Below the pieces are notes generated by a model. That model was not told where the DNA came from. It was given only the letters and a program-made list of their open reading frames with translations, and did no database searches. Positions 11,399-23,035 of a DNA stretch of 64,000 nucleotides are shown in pieces. Source of the stretch: Trueperaceae bacterium (GTDB taxonomy: Bacteria; Deinococcota; Deinococci; Deinococcales; Trueperaceae); the NCBI GenBank assembly GCA_965214405.1, contig OZ243956.1, positions 2,688,001 to 2,752,000 on the forward strand. The letters are read 5' to 3'. How positions within the stretch are numbered: position 1 is the stretch's first letter; each line of letters opens with the position of its first letter. A program made the translations under genes and the position numbers.

Positions 11399-12340
11399 CT
11401 AAAGCGCCTCTTCTCCCGCGGCGGGCGGCCATGACCCGCCGAGCTCGAGCCACGCCGCGACCATGTCGGCGGGCACCTGCGCGGTAAATGTAATGGCGTG
11501 GTTGTCGCGCGGGTGTGGCAGCGTGAGGCGGTGCGCGTGGAGCGCCTGTCGCGCGATGACCGAGGACTTTTTGCCGTATACGGCGTCACCCAGGATGCCC
11601 GCGCCCAGGTGCGCCAAGTGGACGCGGATTTGGTGGGTGCGGCCCGTGTGGGGCTTGGCCTTGACGAGCGTATAGTCGCCTGCGCTGGCGATGGTGCGGA
11701 AGTAGGTGTTGGCGCTTTTCGGGTTGTTGCCCCCCACTGTCATCTTGTTGCCGTGGACGGGGTGCCGCCCGATGGCCCCGTCTATGTGGACGTCCTCAGG
11801 GATGCTCCCCACAACAATCGCCACATACTCTTTTTCGGTGAGGCGCTTCTTAAACGCGCTCGCCAAACGCCTATGCGCCTCGTCGTGTTTGGCGATGACC
11901 ATCACCCCGGAGGTGTCTTTGTCCAAACGGTGAACGATGCCGGGGCGGTAGTCCTCGGCGTCGGGGTCGAACTTTTTGTCTTTGGACAGGGCGATGCGGC
12001 CCAGAAGCGCGTTCACAACCGTGTTTGAGCGCACGTTGGCGGTGGGGTGCGCGGTCAGGCCGGGGGGTTTGTTGATGGCGGCCAAGGCGTCGTCTTGGTA
12101 GATGATGTCTAGCGGGATGTCCTCGGCCTCGACCATCATGGGCTTGGGCGGGGGCAGGAGCACCGAGACGATCTCCTGGCCCGAGAGTTTGGCGGAGGGC
12201 TTGGCGACGGGTCTGCCGTCCACCTGGACGTAGCCGTCGGTCACGAGCGTTTTGGCGCGACTGCGGCTCATCTCGAGCGCCGCCGACACCGCCACGTCGA
12301 GCCGTTCGCCCTCGGGCGCGCTGAACGTGCGAAAATCCAC
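11399..12340 (-). CDS. rluD: RluA/RluD family pseudouridine synthase
   Basis: S4-like N-terminus, NKPPGL, GIVHRLDKDTSG, TGRTHQIRVH, QALHA. Confidence 0.92.
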   Translation of the reverse strand: MDFRTFSAPEGERLDVAVSAALEMSRSRAKTLVTDGYVQVDGRPVAKPSAKLSGQEIVSVLLPPPKPMMVEAEDIPLDIIYQDDALAAINKPPGLTAHPTANVRSNTVVNALLGRIALSKDKKFDPDAEDYRPGIVHRLDKDTSGVMVIAKHDEAHRRLASAFKKRLTEKEYVAIVVGSIPEDVHIDGAIGRHPVHGNKMTVGGNNPKSANTYFRTIASAGDYTLVKAKPHTGRTHQIRVHLAHLGAGILGDAVYGKKSSVIARQALHAHRLTLPHPRDNHAITFTAQVPADMVAAWLELGGSWPPAAGEEAL

Positions 12341-12470
12341 ACCCCAGTCTACCGCGCACTTCTTGTGGGGGAGGTTGTAGAGCGGGTCGGGAAGCAGGAG
12401 AGCGCGTGTTTTTGCACCGTATCCTCGCTCCCTACCCTCGACCCTCCTCTATCTGAGAATATGTGTCACG

Positions 12471-13370
12471 CTACTCGAGCACCTGCGACACAAGCGCGTC
12501 GACCGACACGTTCGCGGTGAGCGTGCTCGCGCTCCTGCCGGACACGTAGACGGTGTAGACCGTCCCCGCCTCGATAAGCGTGTCGGGCAGGTCGAGCACC
12601 GCCACGCCGTTCGCCGTTTGAACCTGAAAGTGGTAGGTGTCGGCGGCAAAAGGCGTGTAGGGGCTCGAGTTGCCAAAGGGCAAGTTTGCCACGAGCGCGG
12701 TGCCCTGAATGGCTTGCAGCGCCGCCGGGTCGTCGCCCGTTTCACTCGCTGCGCCTTGCGACCCTTCCGGCGCGGCGACGAGCGTGGCGGCGGGCGCGTC
12801 GGGAGACACATGCACCACGCGCAAGAGCGCCTCGCCCGCGGGCGGGAAATCACCCAGGGTGTCGGTAAAAGTGATGAGCTCGAGCGTTGAGCCGGATTCA
12901 ACCGCCTGGGCCACCACGCCGGGAACGGGTGCGCCGCCGGTTGCGTCTGAAGCGTTGTCCGCGGCGGCTTGGGTAGTGGCCTGAGTAGCGGCTTCCGTCA
13001 CGACTACTGTGTAGTAAGACCCAGGTTCGGTTGTGATGGTGACGGCGGCAAGCGGCGCAGCGTCCGCGCCGCCTGTAGTCTCTGCGCCTGTGGTTTCCGA
13101 AGCCACGGGCATAAGCACGACCTGATGCTCGCCCGCGCCCACAAGCGTATAGCCCGTGACGAGGCCCGATACGACCCCCTGAAACGTAAGGGTACCGTCA
13201 ACCAAAACCGTCACGTCTTGAGCGTCCGGCACGAGGTGGGCCAGGCGCAACGCCGCCTCCGGGCTCGAGGCCTGCGGGGCGCTCTGACCCTGTGCGGTCG
13301 CCATCTGAAAGAGTAAAAGGAAAAAAAGGCTAGAAGTAAGGCTAAGAGTGGTGAAGATGGACCTGTTCAT
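12471..13370 (-). CDS. Secreted DUF4397-domain protein
   Basis: RBS AAAGGGGG before ATG 13370; signal peptide; LRLAHLVPDA and LRVVHVSPDAP repeats; paralog of the upstream gene. Confidence 0.8.
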   Translation of the reverse strand: MNRSIFTTLSLTSSLFFLLLFQMATAQGQSAPQASSPEAALRLAHLVPDAQDVTVLVDGTLTFQGVVSGLVTGYTLVGAGEHQVVLMPVASETTGAETTGGADAAPLAAVTITTEPGSYYTVVVTEAATQATTQAAADNASDATGGAPVPGVVAQAVESGSTLELITFTDTLGDFPPAGEALLRVVHVSPDAPAATLVAAPEGSQGAASETGDDPAALQAIQGTALVANLPFGNSSPYTPFAADTYHFQVQTANGVAVLDLPDTLIEAGTVYTVYVSGRSASTLTANVSVDALVSQVLE

Positions 13371-13571
13371 CGTGTCCCCCTTTTGCAAAGTTTGTAGCGT
13401 TTCCCGTTCGCGCTGGACCCTTTCTTGGACCGCATCCCAAACGGTGAATCCTCTTCGGAGTTTTTCTAATCTGGCTAACACCCACTACACATTTTTAACA
13501 CAAACGCCCCTCGATACTTCGGGCATAGTCTTTTGTACATTCTGGAAAGAGCCGAAAAAGGGAAACCCAAT

Positions 13572-13603
13572 AAAAAGGACCCCGCCACTTGGCGGGGTCC
13601 TTT
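13572..13603 (-). terminator. Rho-independent terminator
   Basis: AAAGGACCCCGCCA-CT-TGGCGGGGTCCTTT hairpin with T-run on the minus strand. Confidence 0.85.
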
Positions 13604-13619
13604 CGTACTCGCGTTGGGT

Positions 13620-16604
13620 TTAGCGGAGCTGCTGCGCGACGAGCGCGTCAACGGATACGTTCACCGCGAGGGTGCCTTGTGTGGCGCTGCCAAAGGCGTA
13701 GAAGGTGTAAACGACGCCCGACTCCAGCGTCGAGTTGGGGATGTCGAGCACGACGTTACCGCCGTCCGCTGTTTGCACCTGGAGCTGATAGGTGCCTGCC
13801 GGAACGGCGACGTAGTCGCTGGCGTTGCCCGTCTGGAGGCTCGAGACGAGCGCCGAACCCTGCGGTTGCGCCGGGGCCGGGGTCGTTGCCGCGCCACCTG
13901 TTACCGCGCCGCCCGTCTGGGTGCTGACGTCAGCGCCGCCTGTTACGGCACCAGTTGCAGTGTCCGTTACGCCGCCCGTTTGGGCACCTTGCAAGGCCTC
14001 GAGGCTCTGACGCGCGCTCTCGGCATCGTCATTGTCAAGCGCCGTCAAGGCTTCTTGGATTCTAGCTTCGGTGTTTTGCAGCGCACTCTGCGCGTCACCG
14101 GTTGCGCCCTCGAGCTGCGCCTGAACCGCCAACAGCGCCGCGCGCAAATCTTGCTGCGCCGCGCTTACGTCGCTATCAAGCGAGGCGAGCGCCCTGTCGA
14201 CGTAGCCGCTAAGCTCCTGATCGAGTTGGAGGCCGAGCATCGCGGTTTGTGGGAAGAGCGCACTTACGAGTGTGCTGCCTCGTGGAGAGCTGCCCTGCGG
14301 CGTGGCTTCTAAGATGATTTCCACAGGGACGACTTCGCCCGCGGCAACCTCGACGCGCGTCTCGCTGGGCTGGTAGCCCTCGAGCGTCGCGGCAACCACG
14401 TACTCGCCGGGAGCTAAGCCCTCGAGCGTTTGGCTGCTGGTGAGTTCTTGCGTGAAGCCGTCCGGCCCGGTGATGTTGACGACCGCGCCAGCGGGATCGA
14501 ACGTAACGTTCATGGCACCCGTTTCAGCGCCACCCGTCATAGCGCCACCCGTCACGGCACCCTCTTGCTGAGCTTCCGCGATGACGTTCACGGCGGGCGC
14601 GTCAGGAGAGGCGTGAACGACGCGCACGAGCGCCTGACCGGCGGGCGGGAGGTCCAGGCTGTCGTTAAAGACTAGAAGTTGAACGAGCGGGGGCTGCTCG
14701 GCGAAACCCGCGGCCTGCGCGCCGCCCGTTGCGCCACCCGTCGCGCCGCCCGTCACGCCACCGGGCGTCTCGGCTACCTGGGCTTGCGTGAGCGGTTGGA
14801 GCGTGAGGTCAGCGGCCAAAGTTTCGCCCGCTTGAGCCTCGACCTGCTGCTGGGCGCTCTGGTAACCCGTCAGCGTACCCGCGATGATGTAGTTGCCGGG
14901 GGTGAGCGCCTCTAATTGACGGCTGCCCACAAAGCTCTCGGCGTAACCGTTGGGACCCGTGACATTGATTTCTGCTTGTCCGGGTTGCGCGCTAATGTTG
15001 ATGCGGCCCTCGAGCGCCTCCTGCGTCTGCGTGGCGACGACCGTGTAGTATTGGCCGGGCTCGAGCGTGATCGTCGAAGTGGCGATGGCCACACCCTCTT
15101 GGACACCCGCTGTGGCGGCTGTTGTATCGGTTGCGGCCGCATCCACGTCTGTATCCACTGTGGTGTCGGTCACGTCACCCGTAACCGCGCTCTCTATACC
15201 GGCGACATCTATTTGTCCGTACTGCTGCTCCGCCTGATCAAGCGCGTCCAACGCAACCGCGGCGTCAGGCGTATCGAGCGCTTCTTGAGACACCTGAAGC
15301 GTTTCCTGTACCTGCTGCACCGACTCGTCGGTGGCGGCGCCGACTTGCAAGCCCTCGAGGGATTGCTGCGCCTCTTCTATCTGATCCTGAGCGCCCTCAA
15401 AGTCTTGCGCGTTGATGGATTCCCGGATGGCGGTGAAAAGGGTAGGAAGGTTCGCCACTGAAGCCTGCAAATCCGGTCCAACCACACCACCCGTGACCGC
15501 CTCCTGGCCGACTGTGTCGACCGGTGCCACGCCCACGGCTCCGCCCGTGGCGGCAACCGCGTTTTCGCTTTCGATGGCAGCCGTGTCGAGCTCTCCGTAG
15601 CCTTGCTCCGCCTGGTCGAGCGACGTCAAGGCCACTTCCGCGTCGGGCGTGTCGAGCGCTTCTTGCGAGGCCTGAAGATTGGTGATAACCGCCTCTATGG
15701 ACTCGTTTCGGGCCTCGTCGACACCCGTTTGCAGATTCTGGAGGTTTTGCTGCGCCTCTTCGATCTGGTCTTGGGCAAGTTGATAATCCTGCGCGTTGAT
15801 GGTCTCGCGGATGGTGCCGAACAGGCCGGGGAGCGCCGCGAGTGACGTCTGCACGTCTTGTCCGACCACGCCAGCCACGCCGCCTGTTACCGCTTGTCCG
15901 AGCCCGGTTGCCGCGCCTGTGACCGCTTGACCAACTGCATCTGCGCCGCCCGTGACTGCTTGGCCCACCGTGTTGCCTACAGTGCCTACCGCGCCCACTG
16001 CGTCCGCGCCTCCGGCAGGAGCTTCCACTTGCGCCAACGCCTGCCGCGCCTGATCAAGGGCCGTCAGTGCAATTTGCGGGTCGGGCTGGTCGAGCGCTTC
16101 TTGGGCGCTCTGGAGGTTTTCTTGCACTTGCTGCTGCGCCGCCGTCGAAGCGTCGCTAAAATTTCCGCCAAGGTCTTCTATCTCTTGTTGCGCCTCTTCA
16201 ATGAGGTCCTGCGCACCTTGGTAGTCTTGTGCGTTAATGGCCTGCTCGGTCTGGTCAATGAGCCCCGACACGGTTTGCGAGCTCAACGTACCCGTCTCCG
16301 CAGGTACTGCAGTTGTCGTGGTTGTCGTTGTGGGCTGCGCGCCGCCGGTCGGCTGCAAGCCCTGACCCGCCGCAACGACTTCAACATCGTATTGGCCCGC
16401 CGGGACGCTCACGTAACCCGACACCGTGCCCGCCGCGAGATCCGGTAGCGCGGGCTCGCCGTTGAGATAAATGTCAACGTTCGGCCCGTTCGGGACGAGG
16501 TGGACCACGCGCACCGCGGCCTCCTGGGTGCTATCTTGCGCCCACGCCACGGTAAAGGCGGCGAACAGGGCCACAAGCAGCGTGACGAAAAACTGTTTCT
16601 TCAT
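13620..16604 (-). CDS. Large acidic secreted protein: DUF4397 domains with inserted helical repeats and PEGA-like domains
   Basis: Signal peptide; VRVVHLVPNGP / VRVVHASPDAP; three INAQD..AQD.IEEAQQ..SQEALD.PD repeats; two GP.G...L.PG.Y...L.GYQ PEGA-like units. Confidence 0.8.
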   Translation of the reverse strand: MKKQFFVTLLVALFAAFTVAWAQDSTQEAAVRVVHLVPNGPNVDIYLNGEPALPDLAAGTVSGYVSVPAGQYDVEVVAAGQGLQPTGGAQPTTTTTTTAVPAETGTLSSQTVSGLIDQTEQAINAQDYQGAQDLIEEAQQEIEDLGGNFSDASTAAQQQVQENLQSAQEALDQPDPQIALTALDQARQALAQVEAPAGGADAVGAVGTVGNTVGQAVTGGADAVGQAVTGAATGLGQAVTGGVAGVVGQDVQTSLAALPGLFGTIRETINAQDYQLAQDQIEEAQQNLQNLQTGVDEARNESIEAVITNLQASQEALDTPDAEVALTSLDQAEQGYGELDTAAIESENAVAATGGAVGVAPVDTVGQEAVTGGVVGPDLQASVANLPTLFTAIRESINAQDFEGAQDQIEEAQQSLEGLQVGAATDESVQQVQETLQVSQEALDTPDAAVALDALDQAEQQYGQIDVAGIESAVTGDVTDTTVDTDVDAAATDTTAATAGVQEGVAIATSTITLEPGQYYTVVATQTQEALEGRINISAQPGQAEINVTGPNGYAESFVGSRQLEALTPGNYIIAGTLTGYQSAQQQVEAQAGETLAADLTLQPLTQAQVAETPGGVTGGATGGATGGAQAAGFAEQPPLVQLLVFNDSLDLPPAGQALVRVVHASPDAPAVNVIAEAQQEGAVTGGAMTGGAETGAMNVTFDPAGAVVNITGPDGFTQELTSSQTLEGLAPGEYVVAATLEGYQPSETRVEVAAGEVVPVEIILEATPQGSSPRGSTLVSALFPQTAMLGLQLDQELSGYVDRALASLDSDVSAAQQDLRAALLAVQAQLEGATGDAQSALQNTEARIQEALTALDNDDAESARQSLEALQGAQTGGVTDTATGAVTGGADVSTQTGGAVTGGAATTPAPAQPQGSALVSSLQTGNASDYVAVPAGTYQLQVQTADGGNVVLDIPNSTLESGVVYTFYAFGSATQGTLAVNVSVDALVAQQLR

Positions 16605-17304
16605 ACGTTTAATTCCCCCTTCTTAGAGAATTCTGTCCAGCATCGCAACCATCGGGGTCACTTGAAACCGAGTGTATCAGGGATTGTGTCAATAGTCACC
16701 ACCTTAGTTGTTTCGGCACTGTTTCGTCTCCGGGTTTCGACTCTGGGTTTCGGCTCCGGGCGAAGCGGGCCTCATATGTCGTAACATAGCACTTCTGCAA
16801 GAAACGTATGCGCCCGCACCTAAAAACTTTCGCCCTTCGGTGAGGCTTTAGCGCGCGGCACCCCCGCCACGCCCAATCCCTCAAAAGCCTCTTCTTTACA
16901 CGCTACACGCTCATCCACCCAACGCCTCTCTTGATGCCCTTGGCTTGGACCGTATAGCTGGGCTTCTATCCTTTGCCTGCCCTGGTTTGGCCCCTTACAG
17001 ACTAAAAAAGCCTTCTTAGCGAGTTTGCGTGGTGCCTTACAGTAGCGTTTTACAAAGCTACTTTACAGCAGAAAACACCCCGGCTTGAGGATTCAGTTGT
17101 AGTTTTCAAGCATGATCTGCTGTGTGGACGCCAGTTAGGGAATGAAGTCCAGCTAGTCCTTACGAGTTGAGGCCTACGCTTTTGCTCACCCGGTGTAAAA
17201 ACTGCCGGACTACCTTTGTCATGTAGCTTAGGGGACGCTTGTTTACGCCAAACGGAGCCTGGTAAAGCTGAAAACCGCTATGGGTCTCGCTCTACTTACC
17301 CCTC

Positions 17305-18837
<1,533 letters not shown>

Positions 18838-18892
18838 AAACCCATTATACGAAAACGCGCCCATGAGGTTCTGGCACTAAAGCCAACGAGAA

Positions 18893-18953
18893 TGTAAAGT
18901 AGGCTTGACAAAAAGTTTTGTTTACTTTACACTTACGTCAAGTAAACTTTACA
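18893..18953 (+). promoter_or_regulatory. Promoter TTGACA-17-TACACT overlapped by three TGTmAAG-N4-CTTkACA palindromes (putative XRE operators)
   Basis: Sites at 18893-18910, 18914-18931 (degenerate) and 18936-18953. Confidence 0.75.
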
Positions 18954-18963
18954 TTAGGAGGAA

Positions 18964-19365
18964 ATGATGATAAGCCAAAAGCGCAAAACGGTGAACCCCA
19001 ACTGGCGGCAGTTCTGGATTGGGATGACTCTCTACTCGGCGGCGGTGGTGTTGCAGGGGTTTTTGCTCGAGCCCAACGCCTTTCCCCTCGCGCTGATGAT
19101 TCCCCTCGCGCTCCTCCCCATGCTTCCCGCGCTCTGGGGCATGGCGGGTTGGATGAGGGCGAGCCGGGAGCAAGACGAGTTGCAGCGGCGTATTCAGGTC
19201 GAAGGAGCGCTCTTCTCGCTCGGTTTGACTGCCATCCTCACTTTTTCTTACGGATTTTTGGAGCTTTATATGGATCTGCCCAGGGTGAGCATGTTCGCCG
19301 TTTGGCCTCTCATCGCGGCGACCTACGTGGTAGGGGCGCAGGTTGCCCGCCGCCGCTATCAATAA
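18964..19365 (+). CDS. Hypothetical 4-TM membrane protein
   Basis: DELQRRIQVEG motif between TM helices; AGGAGG RBS. Confidence 0.8.
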   Translation: MMISQKRKTVNPNWRQFWIGMTLYSAAVVLQGFLLEPNAFPLALMIPLALLPMLPALWGMAGWMRASREQDELQRRIQVEGALFSLGLTAILTFSYGFLELYMDLPRVSMFAVWPLIAATYVVGAQVARRRYQ

Positions 19366-19421
19366 CGCTATCCGTGACGCGTCGTCAATGAGCTTAAGAA
19401 TGAGCTTAAGGAGACTTTATT

Positions 19422-19829
19422 ATGGAGGCAATTATGAAACGGAACGGTTCAAACGCCTGGACGCGCCTCGCCGTCGTTGTCGGGGTTTACGCAGGGCTCG
19501 TCGTTCTTCTCGTCGTGTCGCAAACGGTTTTCAAGAACGGTGGCTTACCCCTCTACATCCTCGTTCCTGTTGCACTCGTATCGCTCATTCCGGCGGTTTG
19601 GGGCGTGGCGGGGTGGCTCGAGGCGGTTCGCCACTTTGACGAACGCCAGGGGCGCATCCAAACCGAGGCGGGGCTTTTTTCACTAGGCATGACCACGCTC
19701 GCCGCGCTCAGCTACGGACTCTTAGAGGCGACTGCGGGCTTTCCTAAACTCAGCATGTTCTGGGTCGTGCCCTTTGTCGCGCTCACCTTTTCTATCGGCG
19801 GGGCGAGGGCGAGATGGCGCTACCGGTGA
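19422..19829 (+). CDS. Hypothetical 4-TM membrane protein, paralog of previous gene
   Basis: DERQGRIQTEAGLFSLG...SYGLLE...P.LSMF matches the upstream gene; start may be 19434. Confidence 0.8.
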   Translation: MEAIMKRNGSNAWTRLAVVVGVYAGLVVLLVVSQTVFKNGGLPLYILVPVALVSLIPAVWGVAGWLEAVRHFDERQGRIQTEAGLFSLGMTTLAALSYGLLEATAGFPKLSMFWVVPFVALTFSIGGARARWRYR

Positions 19830-20023
19830 CCAACCACTTACGCGTCTTGCGCGCCGAAAAACGCTGGTCGCAAGCCGAGCTGGCCGAACATCTCGGGGTA
19901 AGCCGCCAGACGGTCAACGCCATCGAGACCGGCAAATACGACCCCAGCCTACCCTTGGCCTTCAGAATCGCCCGCATCTTTGGCAGCACCATCGAAGCTA
20001 TTTTTGAACCTGAAGACTGCTGA
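19814..20023 (+). CDS. XRE-family HTH transcriptional regulator
   Basis: NHLRVLRAEKRWSQAELAEHLGVSRQTVNAIETGKYDPSLPLAF. Confidence 0.93.
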   Translation: MALPVTNHLRVLRAEKRWSQAELAEHLGVSRQTVNAIETGKYDPSLPLAFRIARIFGSTIEAIFEPEDC

Positions 20024-20061
20024 GTAAGAACGCGTTGCGAGCTTCGCAACGCGTTCTTACT
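20023..20061. terminator. 18-bp perfect hairpin between convergent genes
   Basis: AGTAAGAACGCGTTGCGA-GCT-TCGCAACGCGTTCTTACT. Confidence 0.75.
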
Positions 20062-20124
20062 GCCAGCTCCCGACTTGTCTTTGGAATAAGGTTGACAGAA
20101 AATGAGGTGCAGCCCAAGAACTGC

Positions 20125-20589
20125 TTACGGCAAAACGGGCAAACCGAGCGCCGCTAAGCTGCTATAATCCACTGCCCAACGACCGTCCGTAAAAAGAAGA
20201 TTGGCTTCACCCTCCCGCGTGTAGCTTTGACCGTCCACAACCACCGTCACGGTAAAACTTACCGAGGCGTTGTCACCATTGATGCTCGAGCCCACGTTGC
20301 TCAAACCAAAGCTTTGGAGCGTTCCCTGCGGCGCAGTACCCGCCGGAACGTTAGTTAAAAAGTAGGCACTCCAAGTGAGGTTTCCGCACTTGAGCCCCTC
20401 AAAAACCTGCTGCACCGCGTTCTCAACCAGGTAAGTGCTCGCTTGCGCGTCGGTCACCTGCGGCTCGCCCGCGATGCGCCCCACCGCGTCCGCGGCCCAG
20501 TGGCAGGGCGGCACGTCCACAAAGGGCGTCGGGCTTTGGGCGAAGGCGAGGCCGGTAACGGCTAACAAACAGGTTGTAAAAAGTTTCAT
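20125..20589 (-). CDS. Secreted hypothetical protein with SLH-like N-terminal motif
   Basis: Signal peptide ending AFA; FVDVPPCHWAADAV resembles the start of an SLH motif; leaderless TATACT start. Confidence 0.65.
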   Translation of the reverse strand: MKLFTTCLLAVTGLAFAQSPTPFVDVPPCHWAADAVGRIAGEPQVTDAQASTYLVENAVQQVFEGLKCGNLTWSAYFLTNVPAGTAPQGTLQSFGLSNVGSSINGDNASVSFTVTVVVDGQSYTREGEANLLFTDGRWAVDYSSLAALGLPVLP

Positions 20590-20703
20590 GGCCCTAAGTA
20601 TAACCCCTCGCAGATTTCTCGAGTATGTAAACATTTCACGTTTAGTTTGATAGCCAACAGTTTAATGGACAAGGGGACTTTCTTCCTGCCTCTCCAATCT
20701 CTC

Positions 20704-22419
20704 CTACCGCACAAACACGCGCGCTTCGTGGGCGGGCAGCTCGAGCGTGTATCTCTCCCCCTCGACGCTCACGTCGTAATCAATCGTCCACTCGTGCCAA
20801 CTACCCGTTTCGGGCCAGGGCATGTCGTAGTCTTTGAGGTCGCTGTCGGAGAGGTTCAAAACCACCACCACCTGTGAGCCCTCGCCGTCATAACGCGAAT
20901 AGGCGAGCACGCCCGCATCACCGTCTTCGTGAAAAAAGGAGATGTTGGCGGTGGCGAGCGCCGGATTCTCCTTGCGGAGTTTGATGAGGCCCTTGTAGTA
21001 GGTCTGGAGGTCGCGGTTGGCCTCGTTTTTTAAGAGAGACCACTCGAGCGGATTCTTCTCAATCGTTTTGGGCGTGTACGCGCCAAACTCTTCGCCCATC
21101 CAGATGAGGGGCACACCCACCGCGGTCATGGTGATGACCGCGCCCAGCCGAGCACGCTTGAAAGCGGCGTCCCCAAAAATCTTGCTCTCGCCCATCGTGG
21201 CCAGAAAATGGTCCTGGTCGTGGTTGGAGAGGTAGTTGACGACTTGCGTGGTGCCTGTGTAGCCCTGCCCGCTGGGGTCTATCACGGTTTTGAGCGCGCT
21301 TGCGTCCGCGCCCGTCCCGCTGAGTTGCGGCACCACCGTGTGATAAAAGGAGTCGTGCCAGCAGCCCTCCATAAAACCTCCCTCGCCCACAATCTCGGGG
21401 GTGTCGGGGATGTGCTCGCCGATGGTGTAGAAGGGCTTGCCCGCCGCCACACGCGCGGCCTCCCCCATGAGCCAGCCCAAAAACTCGGGGTTGCGAATTT
21501 GCTTGACCGCGTCCATGCGGAGGCCGTCGATGTGATATTCCTCGACCCAAAACCGCACCACGTCGCCCGCGAACTCTCGAGCCGGGTAGAGATCCAAATT
21601 ATCGTCGTGCTTGTTGTAATCGAACTCAGGACCCCAACTGTTGTCGGGGTCTTTGGGCTCGGACAAGTACCAGTAGTTAAAGTCGATTTTGTTTAGGGGG
21701 CTCTCCGAATCCGAGTGGTTGAAAACGAAGTCAACGATGACGCGGACGCCCTTGCCGTGACACTCGTCGATGAGCGTCTTGAGGCTTTCGGTGGAGCCGT
21801 AGCTTGATTCGGCGGCAAAAAAATAGCGCGGGTTGTAGCCCCAGGAGTGGTCGCCGGGAAACTCGGTCACGGGCATGAGTTCGATGGCGTTTATCCCCAA
21901 ATCCACGAGGTAGTCGAGCTTGTCCACCACGCCTAAGTAGCCGCCGCGCGCCTCGTCCTCACCGCTCGCAAAGTCGCTCACATGAAGCTCGTAAATGACG
22001 AGGTCGGCGTTGGCGGGTAGCGGTACGTCGTCGTGCCGCCAGGTGTAGGTGTCCAAGATGCGCTTGCCGCCCCCGATGCGCACAATCCCGTTTTGCTCAG
22101 CGCTGTCCTCGATAGACGTGGCGTAAGGGTCGACCACGTCCACCTGTTCATCTTGAGCAAAGGGACTTTGAGACTTAACGCGGAACTTATAGGTATGCGC
22201 GCCGTCCTCGAGCTCGACGCGCGTTCTAAAGTACCCGTCCTCGCCGCGGGTCATCTCGAGCGGCCCCCAGTCGGAAAAAGAGCCAATCAACTTGACGTCT
22301 TCGTTATAAGGCGCGAAAAGCACAAATTCCACACCCTCGTCGTTTTTGTCGCTCGTTTTGCCGGACGGCTTCTCCCCTACGGCTTCATCCTCTGCCGAGG
22401 CTGCACCACGTTTACTCAC
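20704..22419 (-). CDS. GH13 alpha-amylase-family glycosyl hydrolase with CBM48
   Basis: IYELHV, AIELMPV..FPG..SWGY, DFVFNH, DGLRMDAV, NYLSNHD. Confidence 0.9.
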   Translation of the reverse strand: MSKRGAASAEDEAVGEKPSGKTSDKNDEGVEFVLFAPYNEDVKLIGSFSDWGPLEMTRGEDGYFRTRVELEDGAHTYKFRVKSQSPFAQDEQVDVVDPYATSIEDSAEQNGIVRIGGGKRILDTYTWRHDDVPLPANADLVIYELHVSDFASGEDEARGGYLGVVDKLDYLVDLGINAIELMPVTEFPGDHSWGYNPRYFFAAESSYGSTESLKTLIDECHGKGVRVIVDFVFNHSDSESPLNKIDFNYWYLSEPKDPDNSWGPEFDYNKHDDNLDLYPAREFAGDVVRFWVEEYHIDGLRMDAVKQIRNPEFLGWLMGEAARVAAGKPFYTIGEHIPDTPEIVGEGGFMEGCWHDSFYHTVVPQLSGTGADASALKTVIDPSGQGYTGTTQVVNYLSNHDQDHFLATMGESKIFGDAAFKRARLGAVITMTAVGVPLIWMGEEFGAYTPKTIEKNPLEWSLLKNEANRDLQTYYKGLIKLRKENPALATANISFFHEDGDAGVLAYSRYDGEGSQVVVVLNLSDSDLKDYDMPWPETGSWHEWTIDYDVSVEGERYTLELPAHEARVFVR

Positions 22420-22565
22420 TCTTTTTCCTTTCGCTTCACATGTATAAAAAAGTACGGCCCCGCCAAGCCGCAGGGCAACTAGCCAAAACTACCGGGTACC
22501 GGGTGGGCAAAACCGCAGGATGAGCTACGATAACTCACCGCCTGTTGCTGCACTGCTGCACGTGA

Positions 22566-22832
22566 TATTTATCAACCGTATCTGTCAACAGTGCCGTTAT
22601 TAGCAGTACCGTCGTCTATTGTGGCTGCGGTCTCACCGGGGTGAGTCGGCTTTACCGGGGCCGCGGCGTGGGCACGGCGCTCAAGGCTCGAGCCGCGGCC
22701 TGGGCCAAGGCGGGGGGCTACCGCACGCTCAACGCGGGCGGGGCCGGGGCCAACACGCCTATGCTCGAGCTCAACAAACGGCTAGGGTTTGATATCGAAC
22801 CCGCCTGGCTGACGTGGGTCAAAAAGGTGTAA
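22566..22832 (+). pseudogene. C-terminal fragment of a GNAT acetyltransferase
   Basis: GLTGVSRLYRGRGVGTALK...NTPMLELNKRLGF (motifs A/B); in-frame TGA at 22563 and no N-terminal half. Confidence 0.6.
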
Positions 22833-22997
22833 CAAATCATGAGCTGGGCGGCTAAACCGTAGAGCAACAGGAGGGGCGGATACCGCCCCTCCTCCCTCTC
22901 ATATTTAGAGAATTCGCACGTGTTAAAATTTTCACAGCGGCGTAACCGTTTTTGTGCTCTTCCAAATCTTACTTCGGCACCGCTGAGGCATCATTTT

Positions 22998-23035
22998 AGG
23001 ATGAAGTTTCAGGCTGAAGTTTCAGGATGAACTTC
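22998..23035 (+). repeat. 13-bp tandem repeat x3
   Basis: AGGATGAAGTTTC AGGCTGAAGTTTC AGGATGAACTTC. Confidence 0.7.

Noticed and set aside
10996..11399. tRNA-Ser as an integration site for a prophage or island
   Set aside because: No integrase and no duplicated tRNA 3' end seen; the downstream gene is housekeeping rluD.
18838..18960. Cobalamin riboswitch upstream of the mutase
   Set aside because: The intergenic space is short, the gene appears leaderless, and no B12-box was recognised.
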